From the NCBI GenBank assembly GCA_965217585.1, contig OZ244561.1, forward strand, positions 480,001-544,000: a stretch of 64,000 nucleotides of DNA. The letters are read 5' to 3'. This DNA comes from Candidatus Latescibacterota bacterium (GTDB taxonomy: Bacteria > Latescibacterota > UBA2968 > UBA8231). The position numbers were made by a program, and so were the translations under genes. Positions 38,042 through 47,628 of the stretch are shown here, in pieces. The notes beneath the pieces are model-generated. The model did no database searches, was not told where the DNA came from, and worked only from the letters and a program-made list of their open reading frames with translations. Positions within the stretch are counted from its first letter, which is position 1. Each line of letters starts with the position of its first letter.

Positions 38042-38521
38042 CTACCTGAACAAGTCCTTTACCTTGCCCCAGGTGCTTTCGTCCACTTCCGTAGACAAAG
38101 GTTGCAGCAGGTCTTGCCCCGGACCGGCCAAACGCAAAGTGTCATCGGAATCTATGGCTGCGAAATAATCCCCGTCGGCGTCCAGCCGCGCTTTGATGTA
38201 CGCGGGCACCTCTGGGGACTGCGCGGCCCTAGCGACCGACCACAGGGTCAGGCCCTCGGTCACCGCTAGCACTTGTCCGTCGCGGACGATGGCGACAAAC
38301 CGCTGCTCGGCATCCTGAGCGCGCTTCACCTCGTCCTCTAGGCGAAACAATTGCCGCCATAACTGCAAGACCCGCTGGCGCTGCGGGGCCTTATCGTGCG
38401 AGAAGACGTAGAATACGCGGCTGTCTTTCGGCAGGACCTGAATCTCGCCGCTGTCAGCTCCACTCGCTGCGACCAGCAGCAGGACCAAGCCCGTCGTCCA
38501 TGTCATTCGTAGTGCGTTCAT
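38042..38521 (-). CDS. Small secreted protein with C-terminal TWGKVK tail
   Basis: Signal peptide; ends STEVDESTWGKVKDLFR. Confidence 0.78.
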   Translation of the reverse strand: MNALRMTWTTGLVLLLVAASGADSGEIQVLPKDSRVFYVFSHDKAPQRQRVLQLWRQLFRLEDEVKRAQDAEQRFVAIVRDGQVLAVTEGLTLWSVARAAQSPEVPAYIKARLDADGDYFAAIDSDDTLRLAGPGQDLLQPLSTEVDESTWGKVKDLFR

Positions 38522-38528
38522 ATCGACC

Positions 38529-39611
38529 TTATTCGGCGCGGATTCCGTAGTCTTTTTGCACGGCGTCTTTCCCTTGGAGAATCCTCACCAGCGACAGGTG
38601 TTGGCTGAGCACCTGTTCGACTTGCACGACGCCGACCCGGCGCGGCAGGGACGTTCCCAACACCTCGCCGGTATCCGGGTCTTTCAGTTCCCGTCCCTTG
38701 TCCCACACGCCGTACTTGTTGCCTTTCTGCACTGAATCGGCTAATCCCACGTTAATATAGGCACTCAACCGCACTCGCACAGATTGGCCGTTCTGCCCTG
38801 TATCAGCCTGCACTGTATCAGCCACCACCTCTATGATTTTCGGTTCGGAGACCTTGAGTGCGGCCGGGGGTTGGATGAGACTGTCCAGCCCGGCGGCCAA
38901 GTGGTCCAGACATCGGCTCACCGACTTGCCCAGCAAGGTTTGGTGGAATTCCTCGCTGCCCCACTCCATCTGCCCCAAGAGGAAGTACTCCTTTTCCAGC
39001 GGCACGTAGGCCGCCGGGTTGGTGATCCCATAGCGCTTACTGTCCTCAGTTGCTTCCCGCATCACCTCGCCGGCTACTTCCCCGTCTATGACCTTATAGG
39101 GATACAGCCGCACCGTGGTTAGGCCCTGATAGCTGCGATAGCCGCCGATGGGCACGGTAGCGCGAAAGCGCTTCATGCTCATCTCGTCGATCTGCCCCAA
39201 GACGACGTAGTCGGCGTTCACCTCGCGGCCAATGGCCAAGGCGCGCGCTACATCGAGCTTGCCTTGCAATTCTTTCTTTTTTAGTCGCACGAGTGCCGAA
39301 TCAATGGACACGGTGCTGAAAAAGGCACTGCCGTGCAGCGAATCGGCCAAGCCACGGGGCATGGCCGAGTATATGTCCCACTCGCCCTTGTATTTCGACT
39401 TGTCGCGAAAGGGCATGAAGAGCAGCCGCTGCTTCAGCCCCTCCGAGATGGTGCTATCGCTGACCACCAACTCCTTTGAGGCCTCCTCCTCTTCTTTTTG
39501 CTCGCCCAACCCCATAATCGGCACTACAGCCGCCCCCCCGTCTGCCCCCCAATACAGCGCGGCCAGCAAAGCGAATCCCCCCCGCAAAAACCACCTGTGT
39601 CTATCGGACAT
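38529..39611 (-). CDS. CsgG/FlgT-like exported protein
   Basis: TGATG-coupled start; ALAIGREVNADYVVLGQI; FlgT_C-like YINVG...DPDTGEVLG...VG.V.V. Confidence 0.75.
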   Translation of the reverse strand: MSDRHRWFLRGGFALLAALYWGADGGAAVVPIMGLGEQKEEEEASKELVVSDSTISEGLKQRLLFMPFRDKSKYKGEWDIYSAMPRGLADSLHGSAFFSTVSIDSALVRLKKKELQGKLDVARALAIGREVNADYVVLGQIDEMSMKRFRATVPIGGYRSYQGLTTVRLYPYKVIDGEVAGEVMREATEDSKRYGITNPAAYVPLEKEYFLLGQMEWGSEEFHQTLLGKSVSRCLDHLAAGLDSLIQPPAALKVSEPKIIEVVADTVQADTGQNGQSVRVRLSAYINVGLADSVQKGNKYGVWDKGRELKDPDTGEVLGTSLPRRVGVVQVEQVLSQHLSLVRILQGKDAVQKDYGIRAE

Positions 39612-40885
39612 CAGTGCCCTCCTTTGGTTTGCGTGAGTGCGTAAGGGCCTTGGGGCACGACCGCTATGCGCGCCCCGGCACCGTGCCGCGCCAACGCCGC
39701 GGCTAGTCCTTGCTCCACAGAAGAAATGACCTCGACCCACACCTTGTCGCGGTACTGAGGATCAATGCCCTCAGAGTAAAACATGACCTCGGCCTTGTCG
39801 AGTACCTTGCACAGCTCTTGCAACTGCCATTGGTCGATGGCGAAGAAATCGGGCTCCGCGAGGCGAGCCGCGAATTCGGCGGCACCGGATGCGCCGAGCA
39901 GCATCTCCGCGAATTCCGGGCTACCCAAGCCCTCGGCGCAACGAGCGGCAATGAGGATCGTTCCACGCTCTTTGACGATGGGCAACACCGCCGTCAGGCC
40001 CTTGACGGCTTGATAAAACGTCAGGTCGAGCGGCCAGCCGGCGCTGCTGGTGACCGCGATGTCAACCGGCTCGTTAACCAGGACGCCGTTCTGCTGCTCG
40101 ACGAAGCGGGCACCTTCGGCATGGGCCTTCTCTAGGTCGCCGCAGAACAGGCCGGTGATTTGCCGTCGGTCGTTCATAGCCACATTGAAAGTAAAATCAA
40201 CCCCGGCGCGCTGCGCCACTTCGAGGGCTTGGCGGTGAAAAGGGTTGCCTTCAATTGAGCCTTCGCAAGCCCGGGGATGGCTCAACAGCTCGGGGCCGTG
40301 CAGGACGCGCATCGTCTCAATACCCATCAATCCCGGGCAGATAGCCTTGCGGCCGCCCGAGTACCCGGCCATCAAGTGCGGCTCGATCAGCGAGGTGGCG
40401 ATTTTTAGGTCGGCCTCCACATAGAGCGCGGCGATCCATATTGGGGCACCGCCCGAGGTTTCCCCCAGATAGGTCAGGGTCTCGCGGCGGCGGGCTGTGT
40501 GATTGACGATGCGATAGTTGCGGGCGATATCGGCCCCGACGAGTTGCACCAATTCCTCGCCTTCGTTGGGCCGGTGCAGGCCGGTGCCGACCAATAAGGT
40601 AATATCCTCGCGGGTAATGCCTTCCTCTTCGAGAATCCGCAGCATCGGCGGCAAAATGACGGCATTGGGCACCGGGCGGGTAATATCGGCAATGACTATG
40701 CAGGCGTTTTTGCGCCCCCGCGCCAGCCGCCGCAAGGACGGAGTCCCTATCGGGTGAGCCAGCGCGCGATCGATCCGCTCCTCGATCCGGTCGAGCCCAT
40801 CACTCGGGGCCATCTGCAATACCTCGGCCGAGTCAGGCACTTCGATTTCGAGGCCGTCGCGGCCATAGTCGAGCTTTACTTTCAT
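39611..40885 (-). CDS. larA: Nickel-pincer-dependent lactate racemase family protein (LarA/LarAH)
   Basis: DITRP, GTGLHR, EPHLMAGYSGGRKAICPG, DLTFYQAVKG. Confidence 0.9.
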   Translation of the reverse strand: MKVKLDYGRDGLEIEVPDSAEVLQMAPSDGLDRIEERIDRALAHPIGTPSLRRLARGRKNACIVIADITRPVPNAVILPPMLRILEEEGITREDITLLVGTGLHRPNEGEELVQLVGADIARNYRIVNHTARRRETLTYLGETSGGAPIWIAALYVEADLKIATSLIEPHLMAGYSGGRKAICPGLMGIETMRVLHGPELLSHPRACEGSIEGNPFHRQALEVAQRAGVDFTFNVAMNDRRQITGLFCGDLEKAHAEGARFVEQQNGVLVNEPVDIAVTSSAGWPLDLTFYQAVKGLTAVLPIVKERGTILIAARCAEGLGSPEFAEMLLGASGAAEFAARLAEPDFFAIDQWQLQELCKVLDKAEVMFYSEGIDPQYRDKVWVEVISSVEQGLAAALARHGAGARIAVVPQGPYALTQTKGGH

Positions 40886-41764
40886 TTATATATGCCTAGC
40901 CAATTTGCCCTCGAGATACGCGCGAAACGCCGCGCCGAACTCTCGGTCGGCCAAGGCGAAATCCGCGAAGGCCCGATAGTACGTGAGCGGCGTTCCTATG
41001 TCGTAGCGGGCCTCGTCGCTTGCAAGGCGTGTACAGCGGACCTCGGCCCCGCGCTGGATCAGAACGCGGATGGCATCAGTCAACCATAGCTCGCCGCCAA
41101 TCCCAGGCTCAATCTCATCAATGGCGGCGAAAATCTCCGGCGAAAAAATATAGCGGGCCGCAACCGCAAGACAACTCGGCGCGGTTTCCACCGGCGGTTT
41201 TTCAACGATATCGGCGATAGCAAAGTCGTCGTCGGCCTCGCCTTGCGGTGTGACGACCCCGTACTTGTAGGTCTCCTCGCGCGGCACTTCCCATACGGCA
41301 ATGGTGGCAGCCGAACCCCGTTGGACATGAGACTCGATCATCCGGCCGACCACGCCTGGCACCCGCGGCGAGGTGATGATCGTGTCGCCGAACCCCACCA
41401 CGAACGACTCGTCACCCACGAATTCCCGCGCCTGACGCACGGCATCGGCATTGCCGGTCGGCCGCCGCTGCCGCACATAGTAGAATTCAACGTCCTCGGC
41501 CTCGTAGTCAACCTCGTCGATCGCGCTATCGCCCAAGCGTGCCGCGAGTTCGGGATCGTCGTCGAAGTGATCCTCAATCGAACGCTTCTTGCGGCCCGTT
41601 ACAAAGAGAAACTTGTCCAACCCCTGCTCGATCATCTCCTCGACCACGTACTGCACGACTGGCTTGCAACCAACGGGCAGCATCTCCTTGGGTTGGGACT
41701 TAGTCGCCGGCAGCAGGCGAGTGCCCAAACCCGCGACGGGGAATACAGCTTTGCGAATCGGCAC
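40886..41764 (-). CDS. galU: UTP--glucose-1-phosphate uridylyltransferase family
   Basis: KAVFPVAGLGTRLLPATKSQPKEMLP, IEDHFD, IVEKP, GELWLTDAI, RYDIG. Confidence 0.88.
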   Translation of the reverse strand: MPIRKAVFPVAGLGTRLLPATKSQPKEMLPVGCKPVVQYVVEEMIEQGLDKFLFVTGRKKRSIEDHFDDDPELAARLGDSAIDEVDYEAEDVEFYYVRQRRPTGNADAVRQAREFVGDESFVVGFGDTIITSPRVPGVVGRMIESHVQRGSAATIAVWEVPREETYKYGVVTPQGEADDDFAIADIVEKPPVETAPSCLAVAARYIFSPEIFAAIDEIEPGIGGELWLTDAIRVLIQRGAEVRCTRLASDEARYDIGTPLTYYRAFADFALADREFGAAFRAYLEGKLARHI

Positions 41765-41884
41765 GATTTTTTTATTTTAAGTTTAAGAGAATCAAGGACA
41801 TAACTATAAATAGCACCTAGTGAAAATAGGGTGTAAGAGGTGCTAAATCAAGCCCGGCCTGCCCGCTCCTGCGCCGCCAATCCC

Positions 41885-42931
41885 ATGTTCGACTTGGCCT
41901 CAACTCGCCTGCGCGCCCTCGTGGAAGCGTTTCCCGCGCTACGCATCGGCGTAGTCGGCGACTTTTTCCTCGACTCTTACCTCGAATGCGACCCAGCCCT
42001 CGACGAAAAGTCGCTGGAGACCGGCAAGACCTGCTATCAGGTGATCGGCTACCGTCGCCAGCCTGGGGCCGCTGGCAATGTCGCCGCCAACTTGCGCGCC
42101 CTCGGCGTAGGTGCGGTCGAAGCCGTGGGCTATTGCGGCGACGACGGCGAAGGCTACGAGCTGCGGCGGGCCATGCGCCGGCTGGGCCTAGATTTGACGG
42201 GCTTTCTCACGGCTCCGGGCCGCTTGACCCCGACCTATGACAAACCCTGCTACGTCGCTAGCAGCCAGCGCGGCCGACCCGTACTTGAGGAACTAGAGCG
42301 GCTCGATGTCAAAAACCGCCGCCCGACCCCTACCAGCCTCCAGCGCGATCTCATCGACCATGTCCGCCAGCGCCTGAGCCACTGGGACGGGCTCGTCCTA
42401 ATCGACCAAGTCGCCGAAGCCAATTGCGGCGTCCTCACCACGCGCGTGCGCCGCGCCATCGCCACTGCGCTCGGCCCCCAGCCCAAGCTCGTGGTCCTCG
42501 CCGATTCGCGCACGCGCATCGGACTCTTTAAGCACGCCATCCTCAAGCCCAACCAGCGCGAGGCTTGGGCCGCGCTCGGTGGCCAAGGGAGCTTGTCGCT
42601 AAAGGCCGCGCACCACCACGCCCACGTACTCAGCAACCAGACCGGTCGCCCGGTGTTTCTAACGCTTGGCAATAGGGGGATACTCGTAGCCGACGGCAAC
42701 GCGGTTGAGCACGTGCCGGCTGTGTGCCTCACCGCACCTGTTGACCCGGTCGGCGCCGGGGACACTTGTGCGGCCGCTATCAGCGCGGCCTTGGCGGCAG
42801 GTGCCGGGCTGACGGAAGCGGCGGCGGTAGCCTGCTTGGCCGCGTCAATTACCGCTCAGCAGGCCGGCACAACCGGCACGGCCTCACCAACCGAGCTGAG
42901 CCTCCGCTTGCATCAGTTGCGGCGCAGCTAG
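41885..42931 (+). CDS. PfkB-family carbohydrate kinase (HldE/RfaE kinase-like)
   Basis: VVGDFFLDSY, PGAAGNVAANL, LKPN..E, DPVGAGD. Confidence 0.85.
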   Translation: MFDLASTRLRALVEAFPALRIGVVGDFFLDSYLECDPALDEKSLETGKTCYQVIGYRRQPGAAGNVAANLRALGVGAVEAVGYCGDDGEGYELRRAMRRLGLDLTGFLTAPGRLTPTYDKPCYVASSQRGRPVLEELERLDVKNRRPTPTSLQRDLIDHVRQRLSHWDGLVLIDQVAEANCGVLTTRVRRAIATALGPQPKLVVLADSRTRIGLFKHAILKPNQREAWAALGGQGSLSLKAAHHHAHVLSNQTGRPVFLTLGNRGILVADGNAVEHVPAVCLTAPVDPVGAGDTCAAAISAALAAGAGLTEAAAVACLAASITAQQAGTTGTASPTELSLRLHQLRRS

Positions 42932-44766
42932 GATGCGTAGGTCTGTTCGACGACCGTGCGATAGCGCTCGACGATCGCCTTGGGCACGATCTTCTTCAGG
43001 CCCTTGGTCAGAGTCCCGGCGTCCTCGCTTAGCTGTTCGGGCAAGAGCGCGACGCGCTGCGGCCGCTGGTAGTTCGGCAAGCCGGCGGCCGTGGCCTCGG
43101 CAAGGAACCCTTCGCGGATCCGCTCGCCCAAGCTCGGATGCGTGCGCAGGGCGGCCTCGTCTTCCAGCGACAACCCGTCAATACCGCTCTTTTTCGCCTC
43201 CTCCACATCCACCGTCACCAACGGCAGCGGGTAGTCGCGCTGCTGGTCGCCGTACACGAGCACGTGCTCGACTAGGGGCACCCGGGCGAAGATTCGCTCC
43301 AAGGCTTCGGGATTGACGAACTCGCCGTTGCGCAGCTTGAATTGCCGGCCAACCCGCCCGTGGAACGTGAGAAAGCCCTCGTCATCCATGCTGAACAAGT
43401 CGCCGGTCCGATACCAGATCTGACCGCCCTCCTCCACTAGCACTTGCTCGGTCTGCTCGGGGTCGTGCAAATACCCGCGCATGACGTTGGGGCCACTGGT
43501 CCACAACTCCCCGACTTGGTCGCCGCTGGACCGGCACTCGGCCTGCGCTGGATCGTTGTACCCGATTTCCGACCCGTCTTCGGCCACGATCTTCACTGCC
43601 TGCAACGGCCTTCCCACCGTACCGCTTTTGCGCCCGTCGAGATGGTTGGTGGCAATCAGCGGCGCGCACTCGGTCGTGCCGTAGCCCTCGTACGTGGTGA
43701 TGTCGAGCACCTCGTGAAAGAAGTCCAATGCCTTGGGATCGGCCTTGGCCGAGCCGACGATCAAAAGCTCTAGATGAGGTCCGACTCGCGTGGCGAGCTG
43801 AGCGCGAATTTTGCCGACGATTGAACGACCGATGGCAGCCAAAAAGAGCTTGTCACCCAGCCCAGCCTGACCGCGTGCCAATCGCTCCTTGGCCGCAACC
43901 GAGCGCTGGATCAAGCCCCCCTTAACGCCGCCGGCGTCGATTTCCTTGCGCACATTGCCGTACACTTTGTCGAGTATCAGCGGCACGGTGAGGAAGCCCT
44001 CCGGCTCTGAGAGGCGAATATCGCTGAGGACGCGGTCGGGCGAGCGCGCCAAGTCCAAAATCCACCCCTTAACCAAGGGATAGTAGATGTTGAGAATTCC
44101 CATGGAGTGATAGTCGGGCGCAGACTTGAACATGCGGAGAGGCTGGCGCTTGCTAATCACATCCCAAACCTCTTCGACGTTGGCGACGATGTTGGCATGG
44201 GTCTGAATCACGCCTTTGGGCAGGCCAGACGAACCCGAGGTATAGAGAATTTTCGATTCGTCTTCCGGCAGCACCTCGACCTCGGGCACGGCCGCGCTGC
44301 TTTCCGCCAGCTCTTCCCAAGGAATCGCGTCCTCGACCTGGCCCTCGGTCAACACCATCCGCGGCGGCTTGTCGAGCCACTCCCGGACGGCTCCGAACCG
44401 CTCGTAGCCCTTGCGATCCACGACCAGCAGCTCGACCGCAGAGTGTGCGATGCTGTGGGCGAGGACCTCGTCAGGGGACTGGATGCACAGCGGCACCGCA
44501 CTGACCCCGATGCAGTCGGTCGCCAGAAAAACCAAGAGCGGCTCGCTGCCGCCATCGGTGAGGATGCCGACGCGCTGGCCCTTAACCAATCCCTGCGCCG
44601 CAAGACCCGCCGCGAGCTGATCGCGGCGACTTTTGAGTTCCGCGTAAGTCACGGGCTGGTAGCTCCATGAGCGGCTGCCCTCTACGGGCTCGAGCACGCG
44701 AATGGCCGTCTGTTCGGCATAAGTTGCGAAGCTATGGTTGAGTAGGTCCTTCAGCGTTTTTCCCAT
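42928..44766 (-). CDS. Long-chain fatty acid--CoA ligase (AMP-binding)
   Basis: YTSGSSGLPKGV, YEGYGTTE, GPNVMRGY, YRTGD; start ATG 44766 with AAGAGG RBS. Confidence 0.88.
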   Translation of the reverse strand: MGKTLKDLLNHSFATYAEQTAIRVLEPVEGSRSWSYQPVTYAELKSRRDQLAAGLAAQGLVKGQRVGILTDGGSEPLLVFLATDCIGVSAVPLCIQSPDEVLAHSIAHSAVELLVVDRKGYERFGAVREWLDKPPRMVLTEGQVEDAIPWEELAESSAAVPEVEVLPEDESKILYTSGSSGLPKGVIQTHANIVANVEEVWDVISKRQPLRMFKSAPDYHSMGILNIYYPLVKGWILDLARSPDRVLSDIRLSEPEGFLTVPLILDKVYGNVRKEIDAGGVKGGLIQRSVAAKERLARGQAGLGDKLFLAAIGRSIVGKIRAQLATRVGPHLELLIVGSAKADPKALDFFHEVLDITTYEGYGTTECAPLIATNHLDGRKSGTVGRPLQAVKIVAEDGSEIGYNDPAQAECRSSGDQVGELWTSGPNVMRGYLHDPEQTEQVLVEEGGQIWYRTGDLFSMDDEGFLTFHGRVGRQFKLRNGEFVNPEALERIFARVPLVEHVLVYGDQQRDYPLPLVTVDVEEAKKSGIDGLSLEDEAALRTHPSLGERIREGFLAEATAAGLPNYQRPQRVALLPEQLSEDAGTLTKGLKKIVPKAIVERYRTVVEQTYAS

Positions 44767-44867
44767 CGCAAGCCTCTTTCCGGTGATTTGTATCGTCGTC
44801 CTTTGCGGCGCGCAAAAGGGCCGCTCCAGCCATTGCACACGTGGCCCGGCGACCGCATCTTCCCTAT

Positions 44868-46496
44868 ATGAATTTCCGCTGCAACCGCGCCTTGGTCTTG
44901 CTGCTCTTGACCTGCCCGGTCGCCTCCTCGGCGCAGCCCTCGGTGACCATGTTCGGCTACTCGCTCAGCATGGGCAGCGTCACCGTGGACCAAGAGCAGC
45001 TATATCGCCTCAGCCTCCGGCCCGACTTTCCCATGGGCCGCTTGGGCATTGGCCTCGACTTAGAGCTTTTTATCGAGCGCAATGGCGACCTCGGCCCCCG
45101 CGGCTGGGAGGCCGGCTCGTCAACCCAAACCTTCGACTCGATCTTGCGCAAGATCTACTACCTGCGCTATGGCCGCCCCAACGACGCGGTTTACGTCAAA
45201 ATCGGCGCGCTCGACAACGTGACGCTGGGGTACGGCTTAATCATGGATAGCTACCGCAATACCCTGCACTATCCAGGCATCAAGAAAACCGGACTCCAGC
45301 TCCGCATCGCCAATCTCGTCGGCACTAATATCGGACTCGAAGGAGCGATCAACAACCTGCAGGACTTCCAAGAGGGTGGCGCGCTCATCGGGCTGCGGGC
45401 CTTTGGCTACGTCGCCAATATCGAGCTGGGCTTGACCGTTGCGGCCGATCTCGACCAGTACAGCGGCCTGCGCGACAGCGATTCCGACGGCGTGCCCGAC
45501 CCCATTGACGCCTTCCCGGACGACGGAACCCTCGCCCTCGACAACGACGACGACGGCGTGCCCGACCCCATCGACAGCGACGACGACAATGACGGCATCA
45601 TCGACGCCGACGCTGGCAGCGGCCTCTCCGCCGATATCGCCGCCGCCTTGTTGGGACTCAACGCCAATTACGGCAGCGCCTTCCCGGTGGACCAAGACGT
45701 GGACCGCCACAAACCCTTCAACAGAAACCGAGTTGGCCGCGACTTCTTTTCCATCTTGGGCGTGGACGCGAGCTATCCGCTCATCCGCGACCTAGGCCTA
45801 GAGCTCAAGCTCTACGGCCAATTCGCCCTGCTGCTCGACGACGACGACGCCCTTTCCAACATTGAGGCGCAACAGCAGGGCGTCTACCCCGGCAATCGCC
45901 AAGCGACCGGGTTCGGGATCGCTGCCCCGGGCCTGTGGCTGTCTTTAGGCCCGCTCAACGGCCAACTGGAGTTTCGCCACTTCCGCCGCGATTTCGACTC
46001 GCGCTACTTCGACGAGCTGTACGAACTCGACCGTGCTCACCTCGACCTCGCCACCGGACAGGCCCAGTCCAAGGATGCACGGCTGGGCCACAGCAGCGAT
46101 CTCTCCGGCTTCTTCGGTCACTTGGGCACGGAACTCGGCTCGTACGCGCATGTCTCGGCCTCCTATCAGTACCTAACCGGCACCAGCGACCCCAAACAGC
46201 AACTCATCGCCAGCGCATCCCTGTCGCGCAAACTGCTCAAACACTTCCCCCGCCTCAAGCGCGCGTACGCTTATTTTTACAAGAACAACATCGGCCGGGG
46301 CCTCAACGAGAACGGCACCGGCAAGGACGGCTTCTTCGAGCCGACTGAGGACACCTTCTACGGCTTTGACATCGGCCTGAACATGAAAGAAGGCTCCTCC
46401 GTGCGCTGGGATACCCGCTTCATCTTCGGGCGCACCGCCGATCGGCGCTTACAGCGCCACAAAATCATGACCCTCGAAACCGTGTTCGACTTTTAA
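44868..46496 (+). CDS. Putative outer-membrane beta-barrel with thrombospondin type-3-like acidic loop
   Basis: Signal peptide; amphipathic strands; DSDSDGVPD..DAFP / DNDDDGVPD insertion; terminal Phe (ETVFDF). Confidence 0.75.
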   Translation: MNFRCNRALVLLLLTCPVASSAQPSVTMFGYSLSMGSVTVDQEQLYRLSLRPDFPMGRLGIGLDLELFIERNGDLGPRGWEAGSSTQTFDSILRKIYYLRYGRPNDAVYVKIGALDNVTLGYGLIMDSYRNTLHYPGIKKTGLQLRIANLVGTNIGLEGAINNLQDFQEGGALIGLRAFGYVANIELGLTVAADLDQYSGLRDSDSDGVPDPIDAFPDDGTLALDNDDDGVPDPIDSDDDNDGIIDADAGSGLSADIAAALLGLNANYGSAFPVDQDVDRHKPFNRNRVGRDFFSILGVDASYPLIRDLGLELKLYGQFALLLDDDDALSNIEAQQQGVYPGNRQATGFGIAAPGLWLSLGPLNGQLEFRHFRRDFDSRYFDELYELDRAHLDLATGQAQSKDARLGHSSDLSGFFGHLGTELGSYAHVSASYQYLTGTSDPKQQLIASASLSRKLLKHFPRLKRAYAYFYKNNIGRGLNENGTGKDGFFEPTEDTFYGFDIGLNMKEGSSVRWDTRFIFGRTADRRLQRHKIMTLETVFDF

Positions 46497-46497
46497 T

Positions 46498-47610
46498 ATG
46501 AAAATCACTCGCGTATCCGCCCATTACCTGCGCCTGCCCGACGTCACTACCCGCTGCGACGGCACGCAGGACACCTGTCTGATCCAAATAGAAACCGACG
46601 CCGGCATCACCGGCTGGGGCGAGGTCGATTCGGCCCCCACCGTGGTCAAGGCCGTCGTCGAGGCCCCGCTCTCCCACCAGATTAGCAACGGCCTCGCCAA
46701 CGCCCTCGTGGGCCTCGACCCGCTGGCTATCGACGTCTGCGGAGATCGCATGCTCGAAGCGGCCAATTACTACGGCCGCGTCGGCGTGGGCACGCACGCT
46801 ATGGCTGGCGTCAACCTCGCGCTGTGGGACATTGCGGGCAAGGCGCGCAATTGCCCGGCCTACGAACTGTTCGGCGGCCCCTATCAAACCAAATTCCGCG
46901 CGTATTGCTCCATCCTCTTCGGCGACACGCCGCAAGAGACCGGCGAGCTGGCCCGCCGCTTTGCCGCAGAGGGATTCACAGCCATCAAATTTGGTTGGGG
47001 ACCGATGGGGCAGAGCGAGGCAAACGACATCGCCTTGGTGCGCGAAGCGCGGAAGGGGGCTGGGCCGGATGTGGACATCTTGGTGGATGCTGGGCAGGTC
47101 TGGGACTGGAAGACCGGCCTCAAGCGCGCCGAGCAGTTCGCCGAGTACGAAATATTCTGGCTCGAAGAACCCTTGCACCCCGAGGATGTCGCAGGCTATG
47201 CGCACCTCTGCGAGCGCAGCCCGGTGCCCATCGCCACCGGCGAGGCCGAGTCGCGCTATCAGGATTTTGAGCGGCTGCTCGTCCATGGTCGCATCGACTG
47301 GGTGCAACCGGATCCGGGCCGTTGCGGGCTTTCGACGATGGTCGAGGTCGGCCGCCTTGCTCACCGCCTGCACCGCAAGGTAGTAAACCACTCGTTCAAA
47401 AGCGGTATCACCATTGCGGCTTCCCTGCACGGCCTAGCTGCGGTCCCCCACGGCGAGGTCTTTGAATACTGCATGGCCGACTCGCCCTTGCGCCACGACC
47501 TAACGCACGAAAAATTCGCGGTCGTCGATGGCTACGTTCACGTGCCGGAGGGGCCGGGATTGGGCGTGACCATCAATGAAGAGATCGTAGAAAAGTATCT
47601 AGTGAATTAA
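46498..47610 (+). CDS. Mandelate racemase/muconate lactonizing enzyme family (enolase superfamily)
   Basis: TDAGITGWGE, ALWDIAGK, VDA, WLEEP, TGE, QPD, NH, PEGPGLG. Confidence 0.92.
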   Translation: MKITRVSAHYLRLPDVTTRCDGTQDTCLIQIETDAGITGWGEVDSAPTVVKAVVEAPLSHQISNGLANALVGLDPLAIDVCGDRMLEAANYYGRVGVGTHAMAGVNLALWDIAGKARNCPAYELFGGPYQTKFRAYCSILFGDTPQETGELARRFAAEGFTAIKFGWGPMGQSEANDIALVREARKGAGPDVDILVDAGQVWDWKTGLKRAEQFAEYEIFWLEEPLHPEDVAGYAHLCERSPVPIATGEAESRYQDFERLLVHGRIDWVQPDPGRCGLSTMVEVGRLAHRLHRKVVNHSFKSGITIAASLHGLAAVPHGEVFEYCMADSPLRHDLTHEKFAVVDGYVHVPEGPGLGVTINEEIVEKYLVN

Positions 47611-47628
47611 CCCCAAAGGTTCCCCACC

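Noticed and set aside
41811-41846. tagcacct...aggtgctaa resembling a CIRCE element
   Set aside because: The spacer is about 19 bp rather than 9, the arms deviate from TTAGCACTC, and there are no chaperone genes nearby.
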